Source of the DNA: Planctomycetota bacterium
GTDB lineage: Bacteria > Planctomycetota > UBA8108 > SXIK01
Direction of reading: 5' to 3'
DNA: 64,000 bases
Assembly: GCA_965223265.1 (NCBI GenBank)
Contig: OZ244999.1
Coordinates: 5,184,001 to 5,248,000 of the forward strand
The stretch's first letter is position 1, and each line of letters opens with the position of its first letter. Positions 48,861-58,709 of the stretch are shown here, in pieces. Under the pieces are notes generated by a model, which was not told where the DNA came from, made no database searches, and worked only from the letters and a program-made list of their open reading frames with translations. Made by a program: the position numbers and the translations under genes.

Positions 48861-50288
48861 TTACGGCGAGACCATGTTCCCCGGCTGCGTTTTCCACCAT
48901 TCAATCCATGCAAGCGCCGCGCCCTCGGAGGCGGCAACTTCTCGGGTTCCAGTCCGGGATTTTGACAGCTGTTCCAGCGCCTCAAGCGAAAGGCCTGCTG
49001 ACCCTCGCAGATGCGCCGTCGCCCACGCGACGACCTCCTCGGCGCCAAAATCGTCAAACATGTGGCGACGCTCGAGGATCGACATCAGCACTGGAACCGT
49101 CTCGGGGTGTCCTTCGGCCGCCATAGCCTCGACGACGCTCATCGCCTTCGACGCGTGAGAGGCCCCCGCGACGTACGCCCGCCAGGTCGATGCAGGAAAG
49201 CAGCATCTCAGCGTAGCGCGAACCACTTCGATCTCGACGTAGGGGTCCTCAAGCTTCTCGTACAGCTCCTGCACCCAAGGCATGTCACTGGGGCGGAGCG
49301 CGCGGCCGAGCTCAAGAAAGAATAGCGTCGGTCGCATCCCTCTTGGCAGGCTGCTCAGGTCACCGAGCACGCGCCGCACAAAACTCCGATCCTTCAACCG
49401 ACGTCTGAGCTCGGCTTGCGTACGCTCGAGGTCCGAAAAATGCGAACCCCGAACAGTTTCTTCGCCTGCCGGCAAGCGCTCGCTCAGGTGACGAAGTCGA
49501 TAGTCCACCACGAGCTCATCAGCCTCGGCCGAGAAGACGGTGGCGATCACCCGCAGCGGAAAACCACCAAGCAGCTGAGCAACGCGTCGAGCTCGAACTG
49601 GGGCGACCCCGAGGACAGCGACAAGATATGCCTCTGTGGCAGCGCGAGACGCGACCGGCTCGGCGGTGGCGGCCCACAACTCCCAGTAGACCCCAGGCTC
49701 AATCGCGATCACCTGATGCCGAACGACGAACCCATCCAGCTCGTCCCAACCCATGACGATTGACCGCTCGTCACCAACAAAGAAATCGACATGCTCGAGC
49801 CCACGTACGGCCTCAGATTCGGAGAACGCCGTGAGAAAGTCGACGAGATTACGACGCCGACGCATCCCGTCCTCATAGTCGAGCTCAGCAAAGGAAAGCT
49901 CTTCGACTTCCTCACCTCTCACGACACGGAGACTTCTTTTACCGAAGTCGAAAACCTGAGTTGTGGTGACCTCCCCTGGGTCGGATAGCGCATCCTCGGC
50001 AACAGTTGTGCTGAGAGTTCCAATCGCACCGTCGACTTCCAGGAGCAGCGTGACACTCCAATCTTCCCCGTCCACCGCTGCGTCTTGCGAAGCCGCGCCA
50101 TACTCGACGATTTCAGCTTCGAGTACAGCGATGTGGTGCGCGTCGAGCGAACATCCAGCGATCCCCAAAAGGGCGCACGCGGCTGCTAACTTCACCGCAG
50201 TGCAGAGCTTGGCCCAACGCTGTGCGTCATGGCAAGAGCAGACGCGTGAGCCGATAACACCACGTGCATCTCGCATTGGGTCAAGCAT
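48861..50288 (-). CDS. Hypothetical lipoprotein
   Basis: Lipobox IAG-C; true start may be GTG 50195; helical C-terminus. Confidence 0.6.
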   Translation of the reverse strand: MLDPMRDARGVIGSRVCSCHDAQRWAKLCTAVKLAAACALLGIAGCSLDAHHIAVLEAEIVEYGAASQDAAVDGEDWSVTLLLEVDGAIGTLSTTVAEDALSDPGEVTTTQVFDFGKRSLRVVRGEEVEELSFAELDYEDGMRRRRNLVDFLTAFSESEAVRGLEHVDFFVGDERSIVMGWDELDGFVVRHQVIAIEPGVYWELWAATAEPVASRAATEAYLVAVLGVAPVRARRVAQLLGGFPLRVIATVFSAEADELVVDYRLRHLSERLPAGEETVRGSHFSDLERTQAELRRRLKDRSFVRRVLGDLSSLPRGMRPTLFFLELGRALRPSDMPWVQELYEKLEDPYVEIEVVRATLRCCFPASTWRAYVAGASHASKAMSVVEAMAAEGHPETVPVLMSILERRHMFDDFGAEEVVAWATAHLRGSAGLSLEALEQLSKSRTGTREVAASEGAALAWIEWWKTQPGNMVSP

Positions 50289-50350
50289 ATTTTAGTGTCT
50301 CGTTGTTCGTACTCCGCGGCGAAGAATGTCCATCCCTCACCCCAGAGGAG

Positions 50351-50359
50351 TGTTATAAT
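50351..50359 (+). promoter_or_regulatory. Extended -10 promoter element
   Basis: TGTTATAAT about 30 nt upstream of ATG 50390. Confidence 0.5.
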
Positions 50360-50389
50360 CAATGCACGTTCAAGCAGGAAGAACTTGTC

Positions 50390-51205
50390 ATGGTCGTGTG
50401 GTCAACGATAGAAGCAAGCTGCCCGATGTGCCGAAATCGGGTTCGACTGAGGGAGGTCGGTAGCGGGTTCTCCATCGGTCAAGATTCCGACTTGTTCGTC
50501 CGCATGAAGGGTAAACACATCATTCAAGCGGAGGTTCACACCTGCCACCATTGCCGTTTTTCTGGTTACACAGAGGACTTTCTTCGCGACATTTCGTCGG
50601 AGGCTCGTTCACGTTTCGTCAAGGAGGTCGCTCCGGGACTCGTCGACGAAGCTGAAGACACACGCACCACGAAAGACCTCGAGGGCTTGCGCCGAGTACC
50701 CAAGACGAAACGCAAAGCTCCGGCGGGAAAGAAAAAATCCGGCAAGCTGCGCCGCTGCCGCACAACACCGCTACCACACATCCAATATGAGTGGGCAAGT
50801 CGAGCCGCGGCGGCGATTGGTCTTTCGGCTCACGAGCAGGCAAAGCGCCTTTTGCGCGCCTACTGGTGCTTGCGCATTTCGCCGTCGTCAAATCTCAGCG
50901 ACCGCACCCTGAAACGATTGCGCAAAAACTACCTCCAGGCGGCGATTCGCAAGTTCCGTCAGGAGCTGCGATTTCAGAAAGACCCCAACCTGGTCTATGT
51001 AGTGGCCGAACTGTGCCGGCGCAACGGCAACTACTCGTTAGCGACGAACTACTTCCGACGCTTCGTTGAACGCGAGCAAGCGCCCGCGAAGTACCTGCGC
51101 GAAGCCGCAACCAAACTCTTAGAGTTCGCGCAGGATGAGAACAGCGCGGAGCTGTCGATGGAGGAGCTCCTCTACAATCCGGCCCCGGAGCCGGAAGACG
51201 ACTGA
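50390..51205 (+). CDS. DUF2225-like zinc-ribbon/TPR protein
   Basis: CPMC..DSD..CHHCRFS and YVVAELCRRNG..A..YF motifs. Confidence 0.75.
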   Translation: MVVWSTIEASCPMCRNRVRLREVGSGFSIGQDSDLFVRMKGKHIIQAEVHTCHHCRFSGYTEDFLRDISSEARSRFVKEVAPGLVDEAEDTRTTKDLEGLRRVPKTKRKAPAGKKKSGKLRRCRTTPLPHIQYEWASRAAAAIGLSAHEQAKRLLRAYWCLRISPSSNLSDRTLKRLRKNYLQAAIRKFRQELRFQKDPNLVYVVAELCRRNGNYSLATNYFRRFVEREQAPAKYLREAATKLLEFAQDENSAELSMEELLYNPAPEPEDD

Positions 51206-51283
51206 ACCTCACCAACGGCCTCCATCCATCGTCGCCACGAGAGACCTCATGAACTCGTAGAGACGCCCAAGCAGCTCTCTATG

Positions 51284-51598
51284 CTACTGCTTGACCAACT
51301 TCTTCAGCGCCTGGCGCACGTCCTTGTAGAAGCTGGCGAACGCGTTGCTCCGCGCGTCCCCGCCCTGCTGGCTCTTGCTTCGGGTATTCGACTGCACCCA
51401 GTTGAACTCTTTCAGGCCCCAATCGTTGGTGATGTTCTCGACGCGCTCCGCCAGCTGCCCGTTCTTGTCGAGCCAGCGCATCAGGTTTGGTGTCTTTGAT
51501 GCACCGCCGAACTCGGTCTCGTCCTTCTGAAACACCTCAAGGTGCTCCTCTTGGAATGCGGCTGCCTCCTTCTTGACGAGATCCATATAGTCGCTCAT
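51284..51598 (-). CDS. Hypothetical protein
   Basis: AGGAG RBS; 104 aa with strongly biased codon usage. Confidence 0.75.
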   Translation of the reverse strand: MSDYMDLVKKEAAAFQEEHLEVFQKDETEFGGASKTPNLMRWLDKNGQLAERVENITNDWGLKEFNWVQSNTRSKSQQGGDARSNAFASFYKDVRQALKKLVKQ

Positions 51599-51797
51599 TG
51601 CATCTCCTGTACGTCTCTAAGTAGCCCGTCGCGGCGCATTGTACGGAGACGAGCGTCGGTGGGCAAGCACTGCCATGCGTGCGACGGGATGGTTGAACGA
51701 AACGGCTCTTCGCCGCCAATTCGTGCAGACATCGGAAGGATCGTCTGGACTCCCTGAAGACTGGACATTGCGGCTGATTGGTGTAAGAAGGGACGCT

Positions 51798-52553
51798 ATG
51801 AGATTCGATGGCTGTGTCGCCCTCATCACCGGTGCAGGTTCCGGAATCGGCCGCGAAACAGCACTTCAGCTAGCGACTGAAGGAGCATCCGTCTGTCTGC
51901 TCGGGCGATCGCGAAATAAGCTTGAGGAGACAGCGGCAATGGTACCAGCGGATCGCGCCATGATCCTGGAGGCGCATCATGAGCGTAGCGATGACGTCAC
52001 CGCTGCGATCGAGCAAATCCGCAGCCGCTTCGGCAGCCTCGATATTCTCGTCAACAATGCCGGCGAGTACGTCCCCGGCACTGTGGAGAAGACCTCGGAG
52101 AAAGCTTGGAATTCGGCGCTCGCCTCGAACCTCACGGGTCCCTTTCTCGTCATGCGAACGGCACTCCCTCTGCTGCGCTCGTCGGAGCGCGGCGTCGTGA
52201 TCAACGTAGCTTCGACCCTGGGACTCCGACCAGTTCCAGGCACGGTAGGATACTCTGTCGCCAAATCGGGGCTGGTGATGCTCACGAAAGCAGCGGCGCT
52301 CGAAGAAGCGCCACACGGGGTTCGTGTTGTCGTCGTTTGTCCCGGCGTCGTGGATACCCCGATTCACCGCGACCCGGCGCAGCCGCCGCAAGAAGCGGAA
52401 GCTCACATCAAACGTCTCGGCACGATGCATCCACTGGGACGCGTCGGAAGTGCCTCAGAGGTGGCTGCCGCAATCCTCTTCCTCGCTAGCGCTGCATCTT
52501 GCTGGACGACAGGTTCTGTGTTCACGATCGATGGAGGAATCTCACTCGTATGA
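51798..52553 (+). CDS. Short-chain dehydrogenase/reductase
   Basis: TGAGSGIG, NNAG, YSVAK, PLGRVG, IDGG. Confidence 0.93.
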   Translation: MRFDGCVALITGAGSGIGRETALQLATEGASVCLLGRSRNKLEETAAMVPADRAMILEAHHERSDDVTAAIEQIRSRFGSLDILVNNAGEYVPGTVEKTSEKAWNSALASNLTGPFLVMRTALPLLRSSERGVVINVASTLGLRPVPGTVGYSVAKSGLVMLTKAAALEEAPHGVRVVVVCPGVVDTPIHRDPAQPPQEAEAHIKRLGTMHPLGRVGSASEVAAAILFLASAASCWTTGSVFTIDGGISLV

Positions 52554-53029
52554 GTTTCGCTCGACCCGTGCTCATCACCCGGCGTGTGAGCTTTTGTGCT
52601 GCGCATCGATATCACAACTCATCGTGGGACGATGAGACGAACCGTCGCGTGTTCGGCGCGTGCAACCATCGCTATGGTCACGGGCACAACTACGAGCTCG
52701 ACGTGACAGTGATCGGAGACATCGACCCAGAGACGGGTATGGTGATGAATCTCCGAACTCTTGACACAATCCTCAACGATGTCGTTGTTTCGAGACTCGA
52801 CCACCGCCACCTCAACGAAGAGCTTCCTGAGTGGAAAGAGAAGATCCCAACGACGGAAAATCTTGCGATCGATCTATGGCAACGTCTCTTCGACAAGATC
52901 GAACGGCCAAATGCTCGACTCTTCCGAGTCCGAATCTACGAAAGTCCGACGCTGTTCGCCGAGTACTTCGGGCCGCCCTCTGTCCGGCAGACGAACGACA
53001 CACACGACGCCAACCAAACCGACTCATAA
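52550..53029 (+). CDS. 6-pyruvoyl-tetrahydropterin synthase / QueD family protein (copy 1)
   Basis: FCAAHR, CNHRYGHGHNY, LDHRHLN, PTTENLA; ATGA overlap with the SDR gene. Confidence 0.9.
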   Translation: MSFARPVLITRRVSFCAAHRYHNSSWDDETNRRVFGACNHRYGHGHNYELDVTVIGDIDPETGMVMNLRTLDTILNDVVVSRLDHRHLNEELPEWKEKIPTTENLAIDLWQRLFDKIERPNARLFRVRIYESPTLFAEYFGPPSVRQTNDTHDANQTDS

Positions 53030-53057
53030 CTCTGTTCGTTGCGAAAGGCCACGACCG

Positions 53058-53528
53058 ATGCCTCCTTCAGAAGACACGGTTCACATCTCGCGGATCTACC
53101 ACTTCAACGCGGGGCATCGTCTATTTCGCGCCGACTGGTCCGACGAGAAGAACTGGGAGTTTTTCGGCAAATGTAGCTATGCCGATGGCCACGGGCACAA
53201 CTACACACTCGAGGTGACGGCCGTAGGAGTACCCGATCCCGACACGGGGTGGGCCGCGCCCATTGTCGAGCTAGATCGGGCCGTCGATCAAGAAGTGATG
53301 GAACGTCTGGATCACCACAATCTCAACGAGCAGCTACCGTCGAGGTATGGTCCGGCGCCGACGACAGAAGTTCTCATCCTTGAGGTTTGGGATGCACTGG
53401 TGGCGAGAATCGGAGCCCGCTTTCAGCTGCATCGTTTGAGAATCCAGGAAACAGCGAGAAACACTTTCGAGTATTTCGGGCCGAATGTTTCGTTCGACGG
53501 GTCCTTCGGTGAACCGCCCTCGAGGTGA
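53058..53528 (+). CDS. 6-pyruvoyl-tetrahydropterin synthase / QueD family protein (copy 2)
   Basis: FNAGHRL, CSYADGHGHNY, LDHHNLN, PTTE. Confidence 0.9.
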   Translation: MPPSEDTVHISRIYHFNAGHRLFRADWSDEKNWEFFGKCSYADGHGHNYTLEVTAVGVPDPDTGWAAPIVELDRAVDQEVMERLDHHNLNEQLPSRYGPAPTTEVLILEVWDALVARIGARFQLHRLRIQETARNTFEYFGPNVSFDGSFGEPPSR

Positions 53529-53579
53529 ACCGCTACCGAGACGTGCTCTTCGTCTGTCGCACGCAACTACTGCGCGGCG

Positions 53580-54668
53580 TCACGCAAGCATCTGGTAGAG
53601 GTTCTGGAGAAAGACGCGGTTGTCCATGCCGAGATACCTCAGCTCGCCACCCATGCGAGAGAAGGACTTGCAGAAGCGCACGTAATACGCTGGGTTATCG
53701 ACAGGTGGCTCCCCCTTCGACCAGTCCCACGTCGACTCCGCTAAGTCGTTGACCACGATGGTGAAGTCATCGAGCTTCTCTCCTCGCTGCAGGAGTACGT
53801 TGCGGGACATAGAAATCGACTTTTCGAAGATCATTGGCGACATCACCGACGAGCCCGCCGAGATGTAGACGCCTCCCGCGAGGTTTTGGATGCTGCTGGC
53901 GTAAGAGAGAAAATCGAAAAGAGAAGCCCTGCCGACGCCTCCCCCGGTGATGAGAGGGTGGCTGTAGATAATGTCCTGCCCAATCCCGGGGTGAACGGTG
54001 AAGGGGACGGACTTCTCGTAACACGCGCACTGGATGCTTTTCGCTTTCCACGGATGCGGAATCGTCCGAACACCGCCCGCCGTCCTCGTTTGTTCCAGCG
54101 CCCCGAGAAGGTCGATCGCCGCGGCCGCCTTTTCGTGAGATCCACTCTCTAGGTGTTCGGCGGCGATGCCGCGCAGCTCAGTGGGTGCGGGAATCGCGAG
54201 CTTTTCAGAGGCGATCAATCGGCCCACCGAGGCTCCGTACCCGAGACCTTCCAACGCACCCGAGAGGAGCGCGAGGCCGATGAAAGCGCCAGTCTCCTCC
54301 CAGATCCCAAACTCGCCGACCGCCACGTTCTCACGGACGTCCTCGCAACTGCTGCCAAGAAAAGCAAACTCCCAGTCATGAATGGAGCCGGCGCCGTTGG
54401 TAGCAACATGGGTCAACCATCCTTCACGGACAAGCCGAATCAACAGCGGCGCCAGTCCGTTCTTGACCAGATGCGCGCCGTGACAGATCACCACCGGAGC
54501 GCCGCGGTCCCTGGCCTCACGCACGCGCTGCGCGACGGTCGCGATGTCGTCACCAAGTGCGCCCGGATCCGGAGCCTTGGCGTCCGGATCGACAGCGATC
54601 TCATCGATGCGGAATTTGTTTCGGCGCTCCCGGACAGAGCGAAAACGAATCGTACGTCGATCGAACAT
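53580..54668 (-). CDS. Conserved protein with deoxyhypusine-synthase-like fold (GSU2086-like)
   Basis: GAHLVKNGL, ATNGAGSIHDWE, FGIWEETG, TVHPGIGQDI, GSSVMSPMIFEKS. Confidence 0.65.
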   Translation of the reverse strand: MFDRRTIRFRSVRERRNKFRIDEIAVDPDAKAPDPGALGDDIATVAQRVREARDRGAPVVICHGAHLVKNGLAPLLIRLVREGWLTHVATNGAGSIHDWEFAFLGSSCEDVRENVAVGEFGIWEETGAFIGLALLSGALEGLGYGASVGRLIASEKLAIPAPTELRGIAAEHLESGSHEKAAAAIDLLGALEQTRTAGGVRTIPHPWKAKSIQCACYEKSVPFTVHPGIGQDIIYSHPLITGGGVGRASLFDFLSYASSIQNLAGGVYISAGSSVMSPMIFEKSISMSRNVLLQRGEKLDDFTIVVNDLAESTWDWSKGEPPVDNPAYYVRFCKSFSRMGGELRYLGMDNRVFLQNLYQMLA

Positions 54669-54680
54669 GATCCTAAGTTC

Positions 54681-55709
54681 CTAGGCAGTCGTCTCGAAGT
54701 CATTGATTAGGTTGATCAACTGTCGAAGGCGGCTAATCCGCTTACGCTCGAAACGACCGCCGATACGGTGAAGGCTGGCAGTCTCTGGTTCATCTCGCTC
54801 CTCGTAGCGATGAGCGTCGACACGCTGAAACCGTCCAGAGCTCAGGAGATCGCCGAACTCCGAATTGACCTTGTCTAGAAGTGCGTCGCTGACGGGCTCA
54901 ACAACACGGAGCACAAGGTACTCCGGCAAGTACCGGAAGGAATGAAAATTCGAGTAGAAGTGGCGAACGATCTCAACGGCTTCGTCGACGTCCTGCGTCG
55001 TCTGGACGAGGTGAAGATCTGTCGGATCGATGTACCGCCCAGCAGACAGATTTCTGCGCACGTATTCGAGCCACTCTTGCCAGTAGGTTCCTCCTGGCTC
55101 ATCAATGCAGACGATCGGCACAATCTTGCTCTTACCGGTCTGGATCAAGGTCAGCGATTCGTAGGCTTCGTCGAACGTCCCGAAGCCACCTGGAAAGAGA
55201 CAGATCGCGTCGACCTCTTTAACGAACACAACCTTGCGTGAGAAAAAATATTTGAAGTTAACAAGCTTGGGGTCGTCGGCAATGACTGGATTCGCTTTCT
55301 GTTCAAACGGCAGCCGAATATTGACCCCAAAACTGTTCGAGCGACCCGCTCCGCCCTGCGCTGCCTGCATGATGCCTGGTCCAGCACCTGTGACAACCAT
55401 CCACCCAATGCGGATCATCTGATTGGCAAGCCGAAAAGCAGCTTCGTACTCCGGTGCACCTTCAGGCGTTCTCGCTGAACCAAACACGGCCACCTTCCGA
55501 ATCCTCCGATAGGGAGCGAACACGCGAAAGGCGTAGCGCAGCTCCTTAAAGGCCTGCGTGACCATCTTCATATCGCCACGCGAAGGTCGATCACGTGTGA
55601 ACTTGATGGCGGTCGATATGATGTCGTGGAGGCACTTCGACTCCGGATACTCTTCCGGATTCGAGGCAATCTCGCGAATGGATTTGATGAGAGCTTCTAA
55701 GTCGCGCAT
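54681..55709 (-). CDS. LOG family nucleotide monophosphate nucleosidase
   Basis: VFGSAR, TGAGPGIM, FKYFFSRK, PGGFGTFDE. Confidence 0.92.
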   Translation of the reverse strand: MRDLEALIKSIREIASNPEEYPESKCLHDIISTAIKFTRDRPSRGDMKMVTQAFKELRYAFRVFAPYRRIRKVAVFGSARTPEGAPEYEAAFRLANQMIRIGWMVVTGAGPGIMQAAQGGAGRSNSFGVNIRLPFEQKANPVIADDPKLVNFKYFFSRKVVFVKEVDAICLFPGGFGTFDEAYESLTLIQTGKSKIVPIVCIDEPGGTYWQEWLEYVRRNLSAGRYIDPTDLHLVQTTQDVDEAVEIVRHFYSNFHSFRYLPEYLVLRVVEPVSDALLDKVNSEFGDLLSSGRFQRVDAHRYEERDEPETASLHRIGGRFERKRISRLRQLINLINDFETTA

Positions 55710-56153
55710 GGAATCACCCGGACTCGAACCTCGGAGTCCTGGACGCAATCCCCAACGCCGGCGAAAAATGGTGCGCACCAGCGACGAAGATCGCGTCAGC
55801 GTTTCGAGATGCAGTGGCCCACCGGGCGTACTTCACCGCAGGCGAGTCTTGCCGACGCGGCTCAACCGTCGCCAATGGCGCGCTCTTCGGCGAGCCGGGG
55901 GCATTTCGAGCTATCATTTTTTGCAGGCGTTGGGGTCAAACTTCAACAATTCGTTTCCGCTGCATTTGAACGCCGCACGTCGTCATCACGCCATCACTGC
56001 TGACGCGACCACCAGCGCGCACACGAGACCGTCTCAACGAACGCCGTCGTGACCGGATACTCTCCAATCTCGGTGAGGTGCACCGACTCACACCGCGGCG
56101 CACCTGCCCACCGAGCCCACGCAGCCTTCCTATCGGTGTCGAAGGAGCTGGTC

Positions 56154-58334
56154 TCACTCGAAAAACGAGCGGATCCCCTCTATTTTAATGCGAAGGGAGC
56201 CACCGGGTAACTCCACATCCGCCTGTTCGCCCGCTCGTTTGCCAAACAAAGAGCGAGCTAAAGGCGAGCTGTAGGCGAGCACGCCCTCCTCTGGCGATCC
56301 ATCCCAAGGGCCAAGCACTCGATACAGCAGCTCCTGCCCCGTCTCGAGGTTCACAGCACTCACGACAGACCCAAGCGAGACGACTTCGTTCTGCTGGGAC
56401 GTAGCTTCGATCAGTACCGCTTTGTCGAGCTCTTCCTTCATGCGCGTCGCCTGACTCGTCAGCTGATCCCGGGTTTCAAGCGCCGCGGTGTACTCAGCGT
56501 TTTCCGACAAATCTCCAAAGCCAGCCGCTCGTCCAATGTCTTCGAAGTTTTTCGGCAGCTTCACTTCCATGATCTCTCGAAACTCGTTGCGCCGTCGCTC
56601 GAGTCCCTCTGCCGTCGTGTAGATACACTCCTCCTCCCACGGAGGAACCGCCTTCTGCTCGAGCTGTGGCTCGTGCTCGGCGAGAATCTCGAGAAGCGCG
56701 CCCTTGGTCTCCGGAGTGAAGTTCTCTTGCGAAACGATGCGACGGTGAAGTTCGCGTAGCTCCTGACCGCTCATCAGTTCGATGCCTGCAACGAAAAGAT
56801 CGCTTCTGTCGGGATCCAGAATCGACTGAATCTTCGTCAAGAAATCCTTAAACTGTTCCTTCGCAACGCGGACCGCTCGGTGGGAGACGTGGTCAATGAG
56901 GTCGAATGCGATGACGAGGAGTTCACGCTTAGAGCGCTGGCCCACGATGTCATTGTGCGGGCGCTTTTGCCCGCTAACGAAGGAGGACAGAAGGAAGCAG
57001 ACAGCCCGAGGAGACGTGTTGGGCGACGCCAGAAGCCCGTCGACCACCTCTGCCGCAGTCTCGGGCGCGTGTTGCGCCAACGCGTTCAACATGACGGTAC
57101 GCAGCGCGTCACTGTCACCAGCGACCAGCTTTCGCGCGATCTCTTTCCAGTCCGCCGGCCGGGCGTCAAAAATCGCCGCGGCCGCCTTGCGCTGAGCTTC
57201 GGGCCCGGGTAGTCGCTGCAGCGATTCAGCCAGTTTCTCAACGCCCAAGCGGCTGACGATGTCATGGAGCGCCTTGGGGTCGCCGTCGCTCTCTGCTCGA
57301 GCCAGAATGGACGCCGCATCGATCGCGACGACCACGTCCTCGCCCTGCACTCGTTCGGCGAGATTAGATCGAATTTGTGACCACACTTCCTTGAGGTCGG
57401 GCCCAGAGCGCCGGGCGGCTTGCTTCGCGATCTTGCGGGCAGCAGGCCACTGCGCGGCGAAATACTCAGCGACTAACTCGTCGGCGTAGCTTACGGCCGC
57501 CTCGAGACGTTCGACCAAGTAGGGAGAACGTTCGCCGATCCTGTAAAACCCGGACGACCGCAGCACCGATCGAGTCTTAGACCACCACCGGGCCCACGTC
57601 TTCGCATCGATGACGTTCGGCACGAGGTGGCCACGAATCTCCTTCGCCCCCAAGGGGTTCCCGAAGGAATCCAGAACGCGATCGACCAGCTCGGTGGGTG
57701 CCTCATCGCGCAATCGGGCCAGCTCGTCGCCGCCTTCATAGAGAAGCGCGCGGAAGCTCTGGGGTGGGACAAACTCAAGAATCGAGTCGACTGCATCGAC
57801 GGCGATGCGGTGATCCGGCTTCTCCTCAAGGTTAACCCGTACCTGTTTCAAGAAGGGATCCACCCCAAGGACTTTCCCCATCCCCCAGCCCGACGCATGG
57901 AAGACGTATGCCCCCTCTCGATAGAGCATCAGGCGTTCAAGCCGAGTCAAAGCGCCTAGAAGGTCGCTACTTTCACGCACTTGAACTGCGTCGTAAAACG
58001 CACGCTCCGGAGACGCCATTGGATAGTGCTTTTCGAACGAGTCGCAGAACGCTTCGCGGTGCTGGCGGTTGCGCGGATCTTCACGCGCCAGCATCGAAAA
58101 CAAGCGCAGCGAGAGGCGGGCCGGCGTCTCGTCGTCGACGCAACTGCCGAGAAGCTCAAGGAGCGTGCCGAGCGGCGCGTCAGACCGGTCGTTCTCTTGA
58201 ATCGACTCGGCGACGTCGATCAATCCCTCCAGGGTCTGTGAATCGACAACCCCCTCGCCGATTGCCTCGATCCAAGTTTCCTCGAGACGTGAATAGTCTC
58301 GGGAGGCCGCCAACTCTCGCAACTGACTCAACAT
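56154..58334 (-). CDS. greA: Long-form GreA/GreB transcription elongation factor
   Basis: C-terminal GDLSENAEY, VLGPWD, YSSPLA; about 560-aa N-terminal extension containing FHASGWGMG and WARWWSK. Confidence 0.85.
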   Translation of the reverse strand: MLSQLRELAASRDYSRLEETWIEAIGEGVVDSQTLEGLIDVAESIQENDRSDAPLGTLLELLGSCVDDETPARLSLRLFSMLAREDPRNRQHREAFCDSFEKHYPMASPERAFYDAVQVRESSDLLGALTRLERLMLYREGAYVFHASGWGMGKVLGVDPFLKQVRVNLEEKPDHRIAVDAVDSILEFVPPQSFRALLYEGGDELARLRDEAPTELVDRVLDSFGNPLGAKEIRGHLVPNVIDAKTWARWWSKTRSVLRSSGFYRIGERSPYLVERLEAAVSYADELVAEYFAAQWPAARKIAKQAARRSGPDLKEVWSQIRSNLAERVQGEDVVVAIDAASILARAESDGDPKALHDIVSRLGVEKLAESLQRLPGPEAQRKAAAAIFDARPADWKEIARKLVAGDSDALRTVMLNALAQHAPETAAEVVDGLLASPNTSPRAVCFLLSSFVSGQKRPHNDIVGQRSKRELLVIAFDLIDHVSHRAVRVAKEQFKDFLTKIQSILDPDRSDLFVAGIELMSGQELRELHRRIVSQENFTPETKGALLEILAEHEPQLEQKAVPPWEEECIYTTAEGLERRRNEFREIMEVKLPKNFEDIGRAAGFGDLSENAEYTAALETRDQLTSQATRMKEELDKAVLIEATSQQNEVVSLGSVVSAVNLETGQELLYRVLGPWDGSPEEGVLAYSSPLARSLFGKRAGEQADVELPGGSLRIKIEGIRSFFE

Positions 58335-58605
58335 CTTGGTTCGCTCGACGCCTGAACGATCTTGGAACCCGCCTGCAATCGTCTGCAAGCAGAACGAAAA
58401 GGAAGTCACCGTGCGGCCCTAGTCAGCGCGCGGAAGCTTGAGATTTGAACCGGTGGTGAAGGAAAATACAAGGAAGAAGTGGACCCGCGCTGAAGCACAA
58501 AAGAGGCTGAGAGAAGAGCGTTTCAACGGCCTGAAATGCCGCGGAGTGCGCGCAGACGACGGGTCGATTTCTCCCCATCCCACGTTTGCCTCCGGCTGCA
58601 AAGTT

Positions 58606-58709
58606 AACAACCTGTTGAAAAGTGCCTCGAGCTGAAATCGTTCGCCTCACGGCCGACCTGCTCGTGAGGAGGCCGGTGTCTCCGACGAGTGACTTTTCAT
58701 TGGGCTGTT
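58606..58709. mobile_element. Putative MITE-like element (second copy of the TIR family)
   Basis: AACAACCTGTTGAAAAGT vs ACTTTTCATTGGGCTGTT, a 14/18 inverted match; intergenic. Confidence 0.45.

Noticed and set aside
47363-50288. Magnetosome island around the MamK-like gene
   Set aside because: No recognisable mamA/B/E/M/O/P/Q or mms genes nearby.
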